Source: Chromera velia
Lineage: Eukaryota
NCBI GenBank assembly: GCA_018398765.1
Contig: JAHBMJ010000482.1
Span: 1 to 46,602 of the forward strand
Direction: 5' to 3'
Length of the DNA: 46,602 nt
In this document: positions 22,524 through 44,561 of the stretch, piece after piece
How positions within the stretch are numbered: position 1 is the stretch's first letter
Layout: each line of letters begins with the position of its first letter
Translations under genes and position numbers: made by a program
The notes under the pieces: generated by a model
Told to the model about the DNA's origin: nothing
Seen by the model: only the letters and a program-made list of their open reading frames with translations
The model's database searches: none

Positions 22524-23622
22524 ATGAAGCAAGCCCAACAAACATATAGAAGTGTCTCCCTCCCTCTTGCACGCTTTCTGTTTTTTTCTAGGTAGACAGA
22601 GCCCCTTGTGTTGGGTAAAGAAGCGAAAGAACTGTCCTGCCGCGGTATGCAAAAGAGCACCTTTCGAGTACGATGAAGAATGTGCGGAAAATCCATACGG
22701 GGGAGGGGGGGCATGGAGAAAGGTCTGTGCTGTGTGGGTGTGAGTATGCGTGGGTGCTTTCTCTACGTCGAGTCGCCGGACGTGAGATCATCATTGCCCG
22801 GAATGGAGATCGATGGCGCACCTGCGAAGTCACGTACTAAGACTGACGATCGGCGGCTTTAACTGAGCTGTCACTCACGAGCTGCGGTAGCTAGCGGCTG
22901 CGATGGTCTTTGTTTCATCTCATTATCGCATAGTGGTTGATTGTTGGCCGTCTGAATTCAGATGGCCTGATTATGGGGGCATAATATGGCCCCCATTGTT
23001 CGAAAGTGAATCGAAACTTTGAATTTCACTCAAAGATTTTCTCAGTGATTGTCAAATATAGCATATAACATTAATGTTTTAGGTTTTCCTGCGACAAATA
23101 TGTCATATTTAGTTGTGTATAAGGAATAGTTGTATATAAGGAATGTTTGTCATATCCTCAAACCTAGCCTCAAACAAAGAATGAGAGTTTCTAGGAGAGT
23201 TTAAGTAAATTAAATTTAAAACCTGATTTTTATACATATATTGTAGTATATAATTGTACAATGAATTATCATAAATCGCATGTATATACATATAACGATA
23301 CTTATTGGATTATATTAATTTGGATACTATAGTAACGATGATTAATTAAATAATAAGTATATAAAGAACGTTGATGGGGTCTATCAATGGGCCACTATGG
23401 AGGGAGATGCTCCTCTCAGATACATTTAACATCTGTTCCTACTAAGCACGTCCGACAGCTCCGGCCTGTTTTTTATACAGTATTACATAGTAATACACAC
23501 GCTCTACTACACATTCGATCGTTTATTAAATTGTTTCCTACTATAGCTGACACAGCCTGACAGTGTCAGTGGTAACAGATAAACATAGTGGGAAGGTTGA
23601 CCTAGAACAAAAGTTACAGAAC

Positions 23623-23663
23623 GAATCAATCAATGAATCAATCAATCAATCACTAGACAAATA

Positions 23664-23697
<34 letters not shown>
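23623..23697 (+). repeat. (AATC)n microsatellite, interrupted
   Basis: Two runs of aatcaatcaatc... in an AT-rich spacer. Confidence 0.9.
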
Positions 23698-23699
<2 letters not shown>

Positions 23700-24507
23700 A
23701 CAAATTAAAAATCAATTTTTGAAAAATGAATTCAAACAGCGACAAATGTATATGCTATTATTAGTTGAAACGTTTCCCGCTAGGTTTCCCATAAGTTGGA
23801 CCCATAACGTTTCTATAAATTATACTAAGAGCGATTCACGCCTGTCAGTGCAATTATATGCTGCATGTAAACTAGTGAAATTCTGAATCTTAATTTTTTT
23901 TGTGTGTATGTTGGACGGTTTTTAATAAGGTAAATGTGTGTCTATGTGTGTGTTGGCCCGTAAAAGCGGCATGAAGTGGAGAGAACAATGTTAAAGAGAA
24001 AGGTGTTCCGACAGCACTGTTTGGACAGCGCATGACAGCGCCAAAGGGACCGATCAATTGTCAGTCAATCTGTCACGAAGGACCAAAGGCAAAGAGTGGT
24101 AAACAAGTTGGTATCGAAATTCGCTGAAAAAACAGAGAGCCAGAAGAGGCTCACCCTAGGGTTGACCAAAGCTGCGGGACTTCTTTTGCCGCAGGAGACG
24201 GCCTTTGAAACCATTTAAACCAAGGCCGTGATCCTGGTCTCCAAACGTTGGCCGATATTTGGCGACACCATTTTTGACTCCGCGAGGAAGTAGGAGAGAA
24301 AAGGCCACTGCCAGACAAAATTGTTTCGAGGGATCGAAGGACTTGTACTTTCCTGTCCCCTCTTTTCTGGTGGTTGTCTTCATGATTGCACGCACGCATA
24401 CGTCTTGCAAGGGGCTGCTGTTTCCCCCTCCTTCTGTCTGTTCTTCCTTTCCTCCGCATTTTCCTCAACCCCCCTAGGCCGGAGCTTTCCTGGATCGAGC
24501 GAGCGCT

Positions 24508-26793
24508 TCACCAACCCGATGCCCCCCCTCTCTGCACTGGAAGCGGCCTGTCGTTGAAGGCCCCTCCTCTCAACAGACGGGAGTAGTCATTTATCTGCAC
24601 ACACAGAGACAAACACACACACGCACACACACGCATGCACGCACTGAAAATCGATTGCACATTCCCGACACGCACAACAGGAAGACCTTCTAGAACCAGC
24701 CGAAAGGGAAAAAAAAAGAAAAAAATGGGTGTCTGTGTGACATTCTTTTTGTGCAGTTCCACAAGCAAAGCATCTAACCACAGAATCGACAAAATAAGAA
24801 AAGAAGTGCAGACACAACCAGGAAAAGCCTCGATGTGCAAGGATAAAAACATCCAGTGTTTATGAGAGAAGGAAGTCTCAGGAGACGACTTCCATGCGAT
24901 GCAGACAAGAATCTGCTCATCGTGCATGTGCATGCCGCTGCATCAGAGAGAACACACGTCAAATCCCCCCCAAACAGAATTTCTGTCTGCCAGCCAGACT
25001 GACTTCTCCAGTCACCAGGCCAAATTCCTCCATCGCCGCCTTTGCGGCTGCAGCTGCCGCCACAGCCACAGCCATATTGTTCGAATTGTTAGGCCGGGAA
25101 GGTAGGGCAAGGGCAACAGGAACCCCCCCCCCTCCCTGCTGTTTACTCGAGACTTTCCCCTTATCTCCGCCAGACACGCCGACCTCCTCTCTTCCTCCAC
25201 GCCCCCCCATGTCTTCACGACTCCCCCCATGCCAAACCCTCCCAGGAGGGGGGGGGGGCTCCACAGTCCTCTCGGAAGAAAAAGGTGCACAGTGCTCCCC
25301 CCTTTCTCTCTCCCTCTCTCGTCTCGGTTGTTGAGGAGGAATCGTATGACTTGAGGAAGAGGCTGTGAGAGCTTCATGTTCTGCCCAGCCAGACTCACTC
25401 CCGCTGTGTTGCCGTCGCCGCTGTCTAGCCCCCCGTCCCGCCGCTGCTTGCTGAGCTTCCGCTTCCTCATCCAAATTCCCCCCTCTTTGTTGCTTTTGCT
25501 GCAAGCTGACAAGATCTCTTTGTGAGCGTGACGACGTGTCTGCTTTCAGCATTTCCATCAGGACGTCAAGGGGCAAGTGGGAACGGGCCTGCAGACAGAG
25601 ACAGACAGACAGAGAGTGAGGGAGAGAATCAAAGGAGCAGAAGTACAAAAGACAGTGAGTCAAGCTATCGAGAGATGATTTTGCTTGACTTCTAACCATG
25701 CGGCGAGTGTCTCAAGAGAAGCGCAAAAAAAGAGCCTGATCTCCAGCAGAGGAGAGTTGTCCCCTCAGTCTTTTTCACCCTCAGTGTGTTCTTCTTCCTC
25801 ATCACCCTATCCATAAAGCACCCGCGTGAGCAAACAAGAGGATGGACGGATGAAGAGGGAGGGAAGGAGGGGGCAAAACAGGCCTAATGTCGCAAGATAG
25901 ACAGCCACTTGCTTGGATCTCTGCTCCCCCCCCCGACCGACCTCCACTCTCTCTGTGGTTTGCCGGTGCGACGCCCAGGGATGATCGCAGTTGCAAGTCC
26001 AAGGGGAAAAGAACCGCTCACATTTGCAGTTGTTTCTGCAGACGAAAAAGGACCAATAATGATGCGATTCGGGAATAACTGCATTGCGCGAGAAGGTGAA
26101 AACAAAGAAAAGCAGAACCACTACCTGTCAGTCAGTCCTCTCCTCAACCTTCACAATGGGCCTCTCCTCAACATTCACAATGGGTTGTTGCCAAGAACGA
26201 AAAAAAAATGTACAGAAGAAGGCCTATATAGACATTTCAAGGACAGGCAGGGAAGTCACGTATACAGAGGAGCGCACCAACCTTCTGCATCTGTGCGAAT
26301 TGGGAGAATGGTCCGTGTGTTTGTGCTTGCAGGAGCAACGCAGAACCCATGCTCCCTCTGCGACCACGTAAAAAAAGGAGCCGCACTCGCACCCGTTGCG
26401 TTTGCACACCAACCGACCCGCACCTCCACCCCCGGCGCTACCCCCTCGCTCGCTGCAACCGCAACCGCAGAGAAAGAGGAGAGGTGGAGACGGAAGACAA
26501 AACGTGGAATACCAAGTACTGAACAGGCAGGCACCCATTGCGTCGCTTTCAAAAAAAGCCTTCCGGCTCACATCAACCCCCCAATGGGAAAACTCATTTC
26601 ATCACTCTGTACGTTTCTCTTCAAACGCACTCTGTTCCTGCCGAGCTCAGAGAGGATTGCAGGGATGGACAAGAGTGCACATGGGGGAAAGAGAGGAAGG
26701 AAGGAGTGGAACGTTGGAATTCCTGTTTGTCGCTAAGGAGACAGGGAAAGAAGCCAGCACCTCCAGTGTGACTCATGCGCTCACGTTAAGGAC

Positions 26794-26883
<90 letters not shown>

Positions 26884-29482
26884 CTGAGGGCTGGCGATGA
26901 AGGACGGGGCGAAGCGTCAAGGCCAGTTTCCTGCTTACCTTTCGGAATTCTCACTCTTTCTCGAGCGTCCTGCCTGTCGTCCCCTTTCCCTCTCTCTGCT
27001 CCTCTCCTTCTCTGGCACCCACTCGTGGTCCTTCAGTCTGTGTCCGCACAGACACCGACTCTCCTCTCTGACGGGGATGCACTCAGTCTGCAGACACAGG
27101 GGAAAGGAGGGAGAAAGTCCAAGGACGGACGGCAGAAGACTAGACTTCCATTCCGAGGCCCATGCACTCTTCTTCTCTTCTCTTCTCAATTGAGAAAGGA
27201 GGGCCCACGTCACTCACTATGTCAGGGGGGTCAACGACTTCACATCTGCACTCACACACACTTACTCACTCAATCGCACCGTCAGACACACTCACCGACA
27301 CACACACCCCGACCCCCACCCCAGCCCCCCCACCCCCCCACACGAACGCTTACGTTTAGGTCAAGAAGACGTACGCGCACACACAAACACACCTACAGAA
27401 AGAAGAAGAGAGAGCGAGTGAAAAAAAGCAGGTTAGGGAAAAACAGGGAAACCCCAGGATATCCCTGTCAATTTCTTAAGACAGTTCAGCATTCCACGGA
27501 TGCAATCAATCGGCCCATGTGTCAACGAGAAAAGTGAAGAAAGCTCCATTCATTCAACCATGCAGCGAGGGATCGAACAAACAGACCTTGCAATGATCAC
27601 AGGACCACTTGACGATCGTCTTCCACACTTTTTCCTTTTTGGTTTCTCCTGTCCCACCCCCTTCTCCTGCCAGTGGGTCCTTTCCTTCATTTTCGCGCTT
27701 CTCTTGGCAAGGCGGATGGGGAGGCTCGATCCCTCCAACTGCAGCATGCGCAGCTGCCATCTGAGGCACCTGAGAGGCCCCAGTCCCACTTCCCCGAACA
27801 ATTGGAGGGGGTGGACTGAGGGAATCTGCAAATGAACCTGAGACTGCAACCTCCTGGAAGCAGGCAGCCTCTCTTCGTCCTGGACGTCTCTTCCCGCACC
27901 CACAGGCCTCCTTCCTCGTCCCGCTCCCATTCCCTCCCACCTCCCCCCCTGAAGCCCTCACACTTCCGTCAACTGAGGAAAGCAAAGACACAGCACTTCT
28001 CTGATCGGCAGGTTTCCAGCCTGAGCTGGAACCATCGACATGCTGCACCTCCCCTCCATGCTCTCCCCCTACAGACCTCTCTCGCCTCTGCAACCGCCTC
28101 CCTTCCCGTTCATCTTTCAACACACGTAGCGATCTTCCATTCACAGTCTGAGTCTGCGGCGGTGGCAGGGGCAGGGGGTCCTCCTCCCTCGATGTCCCTC
28201 CAGTCTGGGGAAGGGACCCTCCGGAGTGACTGGGGGCAATTGTGGAGGACGAGGCGTTGGACATCTGGGAGGAACAGGGAACGCTACCGCCCCCTCCGTT
28301 CGTGTGTTTGGACACGCTACCCCGTCTCCCTCCGCCCCCCCCTCCGGACACAGATGCAGAGACAGAGACAGCAGCCCCTTTGAGGAGAACCCCCTTCTCC
28401 CTCAGAGACCGACATGACACCGCAGCCTGCTGGCAACAAACGGGACACGCAGCAGCCCTCCTGACCACAGAATCTGATTCTCGGTAGGATCCGATACCGC
28501 CATCCCCTTTTTCTTTTTCCGTTGCCGTGTCTCTGTGCGCACACTCGCAGTTGAATAGATGGGGGGCGGATTGCTGTTGTCCATGGACGTGTTGTCTGAG
28601 AGGCAGTGTGGATAACTCTTTTTGCTGATGGTTACTTGTCGTGTGAGAGTGGGAGCTTGTCTGGGTGATGGAAAATGAAGCAGAGTGTTCCGCTACTGAC
28701 TCTAACGGTCTTCCTCTCCCACCCTTTCCCTTCCAGCCAGGCAGAGCCTCAAAGCTCCGTTCTCTCTGTAGGCCCTGGTGGTGAGTTTGTTGTTGTCGTG
28801 TGTGCGCGTGTGTGTGGGATGCACCAGAGACAGCGACAGGATAGGAGGACGAGAATGAGGAGGAGAGGTCTGGCATGGGACCTGAACGGCTTAAGAGATC
28901 ACAGCCGGGGTCGGATGCTTCTGTTGCAAATGAGCTCGCACCGGTCAATCGGGGTTTGGGAGTATCCCTTTCCCTCTCTCTTTCTCTGGTGTCGCAACAG
29001 ACTGCCGATCTAACCGTTGTCGAAAGAGACAGAAGAGAGGGGTCCATGTTCATGGGATGCGGTTGCTGGCTGGGAGGAAGCCTCTCTCCATCCTTGGTTT
29101 CGACACTTCTCCCGGTTTCTTTCTCTTTGCAAGGAGAGGGGGAGAGGCTTCGGCGGCTGTTGCTGCTGAGCTTCGACTTGACTCTTGGCCGGGGAATTCT
29201 ACTGGGTAGGAAGGAAGAGGCCAGGCTGCTTGTTGAGGAGTCAAGACATGCATACGATTGATGCTCTAAATTGGGTTTCTGTACGTGTTGGTGGTGCTGA
29301 GGAAGATGGCGTGGGGAGGAGGAGCCGTACTGCTGCAGTTGATTCTGCGAGTGTTGTTCACCTCCCCCTACTGAAGAAAAAACACCTTGGTGGCCCTTCC
29401 TTGCAGGATCTGATGGATGGCTGCTGTTCAGCTGGTGTAGAGCAGCCAGCTGCAAGAGATTGGCCCTGGATTCCGAAGTCAT
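24508..29482 (-). CDS. FAM221 (DUF4475)-like Cys/His-rich protein with a long low-complexity N-terminus, 6 exons, ~993 aa
   Basis: Exons 29482-27587, 27087-26939, 26452-26282, 26035-25942, 25588-25004, 24594-24508 (GT-AG, phase-consistent). The spliced core WSCDHCK-TECIPVREESRCLCGHRLKDH...CKRNGCECGSFFYVVAEGAWVLRCSCKHKHTDH...CKCERFFSPWTCNCDHPWASH matches the FAM221 pattern. Start codon uncertain. Confidence 0.82.
26796..26883 (+). repeat. Compound (CA)n(GA)n microsatellite in an intron
   Basis: Direct reading of the sequence. Confidence 0.95.
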
Positions 29483-29915
29483 TGCGAGGGCTGCTTCAAC
29501 AGCAGCAATTAAGAATTCAAGGAAAAAGGAAAGTGATTCTGTACGTATATATACGTATCTATCTCACTGACATGTGTCAGAGACAAGAAAAAAAGACAGC
29601 CCCCTTGATGATGCTGGGCCCTCACAAAACGGGACCACACAGGAGCTGCTCTTCAAATGCAACCTGACACAAACAACTGAGAGAACTGTGGAGATGGTTG
29701 AAGTTCAGTACGTACGATCGATCATGTACGATCACGGGATACACCCAACTAGTTGGGTGAGTGCCTCGGGGGGGGTCGGCCATAATTTGATTGTTGCAAA
29801 CCATCAGGGGCTTGGGCATGTCTTGCCTGCATGGGCAAGTGGCCGGTGGGGGCCACGGCAACGCGCGCAAAATGTGCTTTTCGGGACCGCATGCGCGTGG
29901 ATATAATACATGCAA

Positions 29916-30013
29916 CTCCGTGCGAGTTACTTGAGGGGCACGCATCATATGACGTACGAGCGCGGATCGAGTTTAAATGCGATCGCGGCTCCGTGCGAGT
30001 TGCTTGAGGGGCA
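29916..30013 (+). repeat. 25-bp direct repeat pair in the divergent intergenic region
   Basis: CTCCGTGCGAGTTACTTGAGGGGCA (29916-29940) and CTCCGTGCGAGTTGCTTGAGGGGCA (29989-30013), 24/25 identical. Confidence 0.85.
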
Positions 30014-30803
30014 TATTTTGGAATCAGGGCGACACCGTGCAGACAAACATGCAGACAGACACCGAACCCCCCCCCCCCCCAAAATGAAAAAAATGCGTTA
30101 TGCGAGTGCGTGCGATCTCAGGGCCTCTCGGCTGATCTCAGCAGAGCTGAGCTGCCCCCCGAGGCGACATATTGGACCTGTACGTATCGGCAGGTGTTGT
30201 TCAGACAACAGTTGGGCTGCTGGGGGCTGCGCGTGTGATGTGTTCCAAGATGGCGGAGAGAGGCTTTTGAGCTTCCACGCGAGTTTCGAGACGCAAACAG
30301 ATGCGATGCAAAATTTCTTCGTTGGATTGACTGGGGCCTCTTACGGTCAGTACCAGCTTGCCTCCGAGGGCGGTTCTGCAATCATTTGAGGCCCAATTCC
30401 CATTTTCGAACATCCAATTTTTTAATGGGACTTTTTCGATCATATACGAAAAATTCAGAACCATTCACCATGCAATTTTGTAAGGCACTACACAAATGCT
30501 GCCAGGCTCTTTGCTAAAAATGGTTGCAAGAGAGTGTGTCACGTGTCAGACCATCAGCCACAAAGCGAAAAAGGTCAGACAAAACCACACTGAGCACGAA
30601 GCAGCCTTCTTTGTCAGCGGACTCTCTTGGCAAGCCTGATTCGTCCTTTGTCATGCGATGCGTGAAATTGCGTGAGACGTTTCAAGTTAGCTTTCCATCA
30701 CTTGTCTTCTGGACAAACGAAGCAGAAGCAACGAGAGCCCTGAGGGCTCTTTCGATCTTCAGTAAAGCCCAGCCCCCTGGCACGTGAGAGGTAACCAAGC
30801 AAG

Positions 30804-40687
<9,884 letters not shown>

Positions 40688-41734
40688 CTAGATGGCCCCA
40701 CCCACACGAATCAAGAGAGGGAGAGGGAGAGGGACAGAGAGAGTGAAGCAGGCAGGGTGCGGGCCAATAAATAAATTCGGTAATTTTTGAACATTGGGAA
40801 AGCAATCAATGGGATCTGGGAAGGGGGCGATGAGGTGATGAACGATTTCTGCTCTGAATGACCTCATTTGACTGGGCGAAACTGTCTTTTCCTCGCCTCA
40901 GGGTTTCGGAAACTAGGGAGAGAGGGAGGGTGACTGGGGGGATGACAAGTCCTGCATGATGAGTGAAAGATTCAGAAGTTTGAGGGCGGGAGGGCAGGGA
41001 GGGATGGACTTGATGAGAAAGTAGGGGTAAGGAGCAGTCTCACCTTTCGTCCGCAGGTGCAGGGAGCGTGGGAGGGGGTGGGAATCCACAAAACAGACAT
41101 CGATCTTCGTTCGTGTCGTAGATCAAAGTGAAGAAAGAATCCGACACACTTTCATCCAGATTTCGGTATGATCTCTCTTTCTGTACCTCGTTTTGGATTT
41201 GTGTTGTTGCTCTGATGTTTGTGAGCATCATTGAATACATTTAAATTCGCTTACATCAATTTCATGATAGACGTGGGGAAATGCGGGGGGGNGGGGGGGG
41301 GGGGGGGATAAGGGGATCAGTGAGCTCACTGAGCTGCATGATCGCATTGATCGGTTTGAAGCTGGTGCTGCTTCCAGGATTTTCTGCATGCATGAACCCA
41401 TAAAAATAATGAAGTCGTACTTCGCTTTCTTGGGAAGTGGATGCGTCAAAAGGCGAATACGTGCCAGTGGGCCGTGGCCCTTGTTAGAGTTTCATGGGCT
41501 GATGTTTACTCACTCGAGATCAAGCTTAGCTTGTATGAGCTTTAAAAATAAACGGTTTTTGGGTCCCTGAATTGTTAAGTCAAAAGCTGTTAAACCCTTA
41601 GCCCTAGTAAAAATTCTTATTTGAGTAAAGGCTAGATGAGCTAGCAGATAACTAGCTGGAGTTGTCACTCAGTTCTCTCAATACATGTGGGTCAACTATA
41701 TAGCAAGTTCTGTTCTTCCCTATAAAACTTTTAC

Positions 41735-41806
41735 TAAATATGACTAAATATGAGTAAATATTATAATATTTTAAAAATATGATACAAATATGAGTAAAAT
41801 ATGAAT
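41735..41806 (+). repeat. Degenerate ~10-bp AT-rich tandem repeat (AAATATGA-based)
   Basis: taaatatgactaaatatgagtaaatat...aaatatgatacaaatatgagtaaaatatgaa. Confidence 0.6.
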
Positions 41807-44561
41807 TATTTTTTTTTGTGAACTATAAAGCGTAGAGAGCCAAAAAGTGGTTTGTATGGTTCGGTTTTGATCAGAAAACACGTTTAGCTACCCAGATTAG
41901 CCGTATACAATATTAAAAAAAATTTAGAGCGCGAGGAATTTTTTAGTGAATCAACTCGTGAATGTCTATTCACTATTTTTTTCTTAAGTAATTTTTCATA
42001 ACTAAATTATGATAAACTATGACTGAACTTAAAATATCTTTTTTAAACATATTTTTAAATAAAAGACGCCAAATGAGTCTGTTACGTACCATCTCTAACG
42101 AGAGAAGTATTTTATGATTTTTTTGAAAATGGCACACTCCTTATATATATGTGCAAACATATAAACATATGAAAAGACATATGTATATGTTGGGCCTGCC
42201 CGTCGACGACGACGTCGCGACCGGGACCGGGGCGCGCGGCATCATGCGCATGCATGACCCGCGGATGCGGGGCCGAGCTGCACGCAGATGCACGCAGCGT
42301 TCTACGGGTTCTATGCAGCGTGCATGCATGTACAGTGAAAGACCCCGACATGCATGATCCACACCACAAAGGCCACTCATGCAGACAAAGATATATATTC
42401 TTTACGCCGTATTAATTTCATGCCAAGGTTTTTGCTCTCTACCGTTTTCCGTCTTGCTGCTAGCACATATAAAGCCTGCCTTCTTGAAAAACTAGCTGGG
42501 GTGAGATGCTAATGCTGCTAAGCAGTTCAGGAGGTCGGTGGGGAAGGAGCTGGCCAGATCTACCGAGGCGAAGCGAGAACTGGGTTCCTAGACTAGGTTC
42601 TATCGGTTGGCTTGGACAGTGGCGTCAATAGCCCACAAGAACATCTGGCGACATCTGGCCGGTCCAGCAACCGTTGCCTGATCTTATGCGTGAAGTCTTT
42701 GAGATTGCATGTCGAAAAGCAAAGAGAAAACCGACCTGCGGTATTCCACAATAATTTCAGAGTGTCCGGCCCGGCCCGAACGTCTGCCTTCCGAGCGGAC
42801 AAGTCGCCGGCTGCACAGAAGAGACGCGCCCGATTCAGCCACAGAACCGCACAGAACGACAGATATCACTTACGCATTTGATCGCGCTTGCTCTGCCTAC
42901 GGTAACCCAGCTTGAAGCTCATAGTCTCCTTCCGGCTGTCTGAACGTGAAGACCCGCATCATGCACCTTCGCACTACAGAAAAAAAAAGATGGACTCAAA
43001 GCTCTGAAAAGATCGAGTCCCTCGACTTCACTACAAGACAGGCAGGACCCGAGCTGACGTACCATGCATGATGTCGTGTGTAGAGTGTCGACGGGGGCGC
43101 AATGCCCCTTCAGCGCCTGCGGTTAGGACCGTCACGCACCTGCACAATGGGGCGTCATAAAGCCAGCTCAATTCACACCTCGGGGAGAAAAACGAACGGA
43201 GAAGAGCCTGAATCTGATGAAGAGGTTGGCCAAGAACAGCTAGAAGCTAGCCTTAGCTAATTGGAAGACCACAAAGAAGTGACGGAGCTCGACGGACATA
43301 GACTCCGGAAGTGGAGGAGGGGGAACCATACTAGGAGAAGAAGCTTAGTCTCAGCAGACTGATGGCCGGACCAGGCTGACAGCTTAGGGATCCTATGCAT
43401 GTAGAATATTGTCGGTCCATGATGCGTAAATTCAGATGAACCCCAAGCGGCGAAAGAGAAGGAGATTGGCGTAGACGTACACCGCACGACACCGCACGGA
43501 CAATCGGTAGGCTAAAACAGAGGCTGACCCCATTCTCGCAGAACACGACCACACCATCCGGCGATGCAGAAAAGGTCCCGCCCAGGCTTTCAACAGAGGC
43601 CGCACACTGCACGCAAGACGATGCATGGAGGGCAGGATGGGTCCTTTGTGTAGGAATCGAGTACTTCTAGCTGGATAGAATAAGAATGCACACGCCGACA
43701 CAGCCGGCCGCTTTGGGTATATGGTGGTATCAAGCCCGGGCCACTGATCCAGGCTATGGACCAGACTACAGACAAGCTGTCAGACAGGGGAATGGATGTT
43801 CTCTCTCAAAAAAGCCGGGAACCAACTGACCTTTGATCCGAGGAGGCCGCGAAGGAACAACTGTTGTTCGAGACGGCCGGTCCAGGAGGTCTAGCCTGCA
43901 CTCAGCGTACAAAGCGGGAAGAAGGGGTCATATCGAAGCAAACCGCTGCAATGCTGCCCTAATGGCATCTGATGGCATCAACTGACTTGAGGTTTTGCGT
44001 CGTCTACGCGTGCGTAGACGGAAGAAGTAAGGGAACTAGCTTGGGGCGGACGCATGAACGGGCAACAGGTGTTGTCCGCCCTGCTTTCTGTCCGAGCCCT
44101 TTTACCGCTTCGCCAAAAGAAGCAAAGCCTGCTGGCCGACTGGCTGGCTATGCAGCACTCCATAGCACTGCGCTGCCAGTTGCCCACGTTGGTATACAAC
44201 CAACACTGAGCTTGACAACAGGGCTTCAGTTTGGAGACGCTCTCCGTAATGTTGTAAGTGTATATCATACGTGCCACGCGCGCGTAGACGGCGTTTGATT
44301 GTGCATGGCGCCATGCATATCGGCGTTTTGCGCGGGCTGCGTGCGCGCATTCCGCGCACCACAACGCGATGCCGACTTGAAGACAACGGCAAGCTATGGG
44401 GCGGCACAAAACCACTGCATGTTTAAACCAGTGACCGCATCCGGTCGAACAGCTGTCAGACACCGTGACGAATCGAGCTTGAAAGTGAGACTCGGTCGAT
44501 CATTTTGGCTTGATTGCTGAGGCATTGTGTCGTCTGGTGTTCATTCGTTGGTTGATCTAGC

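Noticed and set aside
41591..41607. Telomere-like TAAACCCTTAGCCCTAG
   Set aside because: Only about two degenerate units; not an array.
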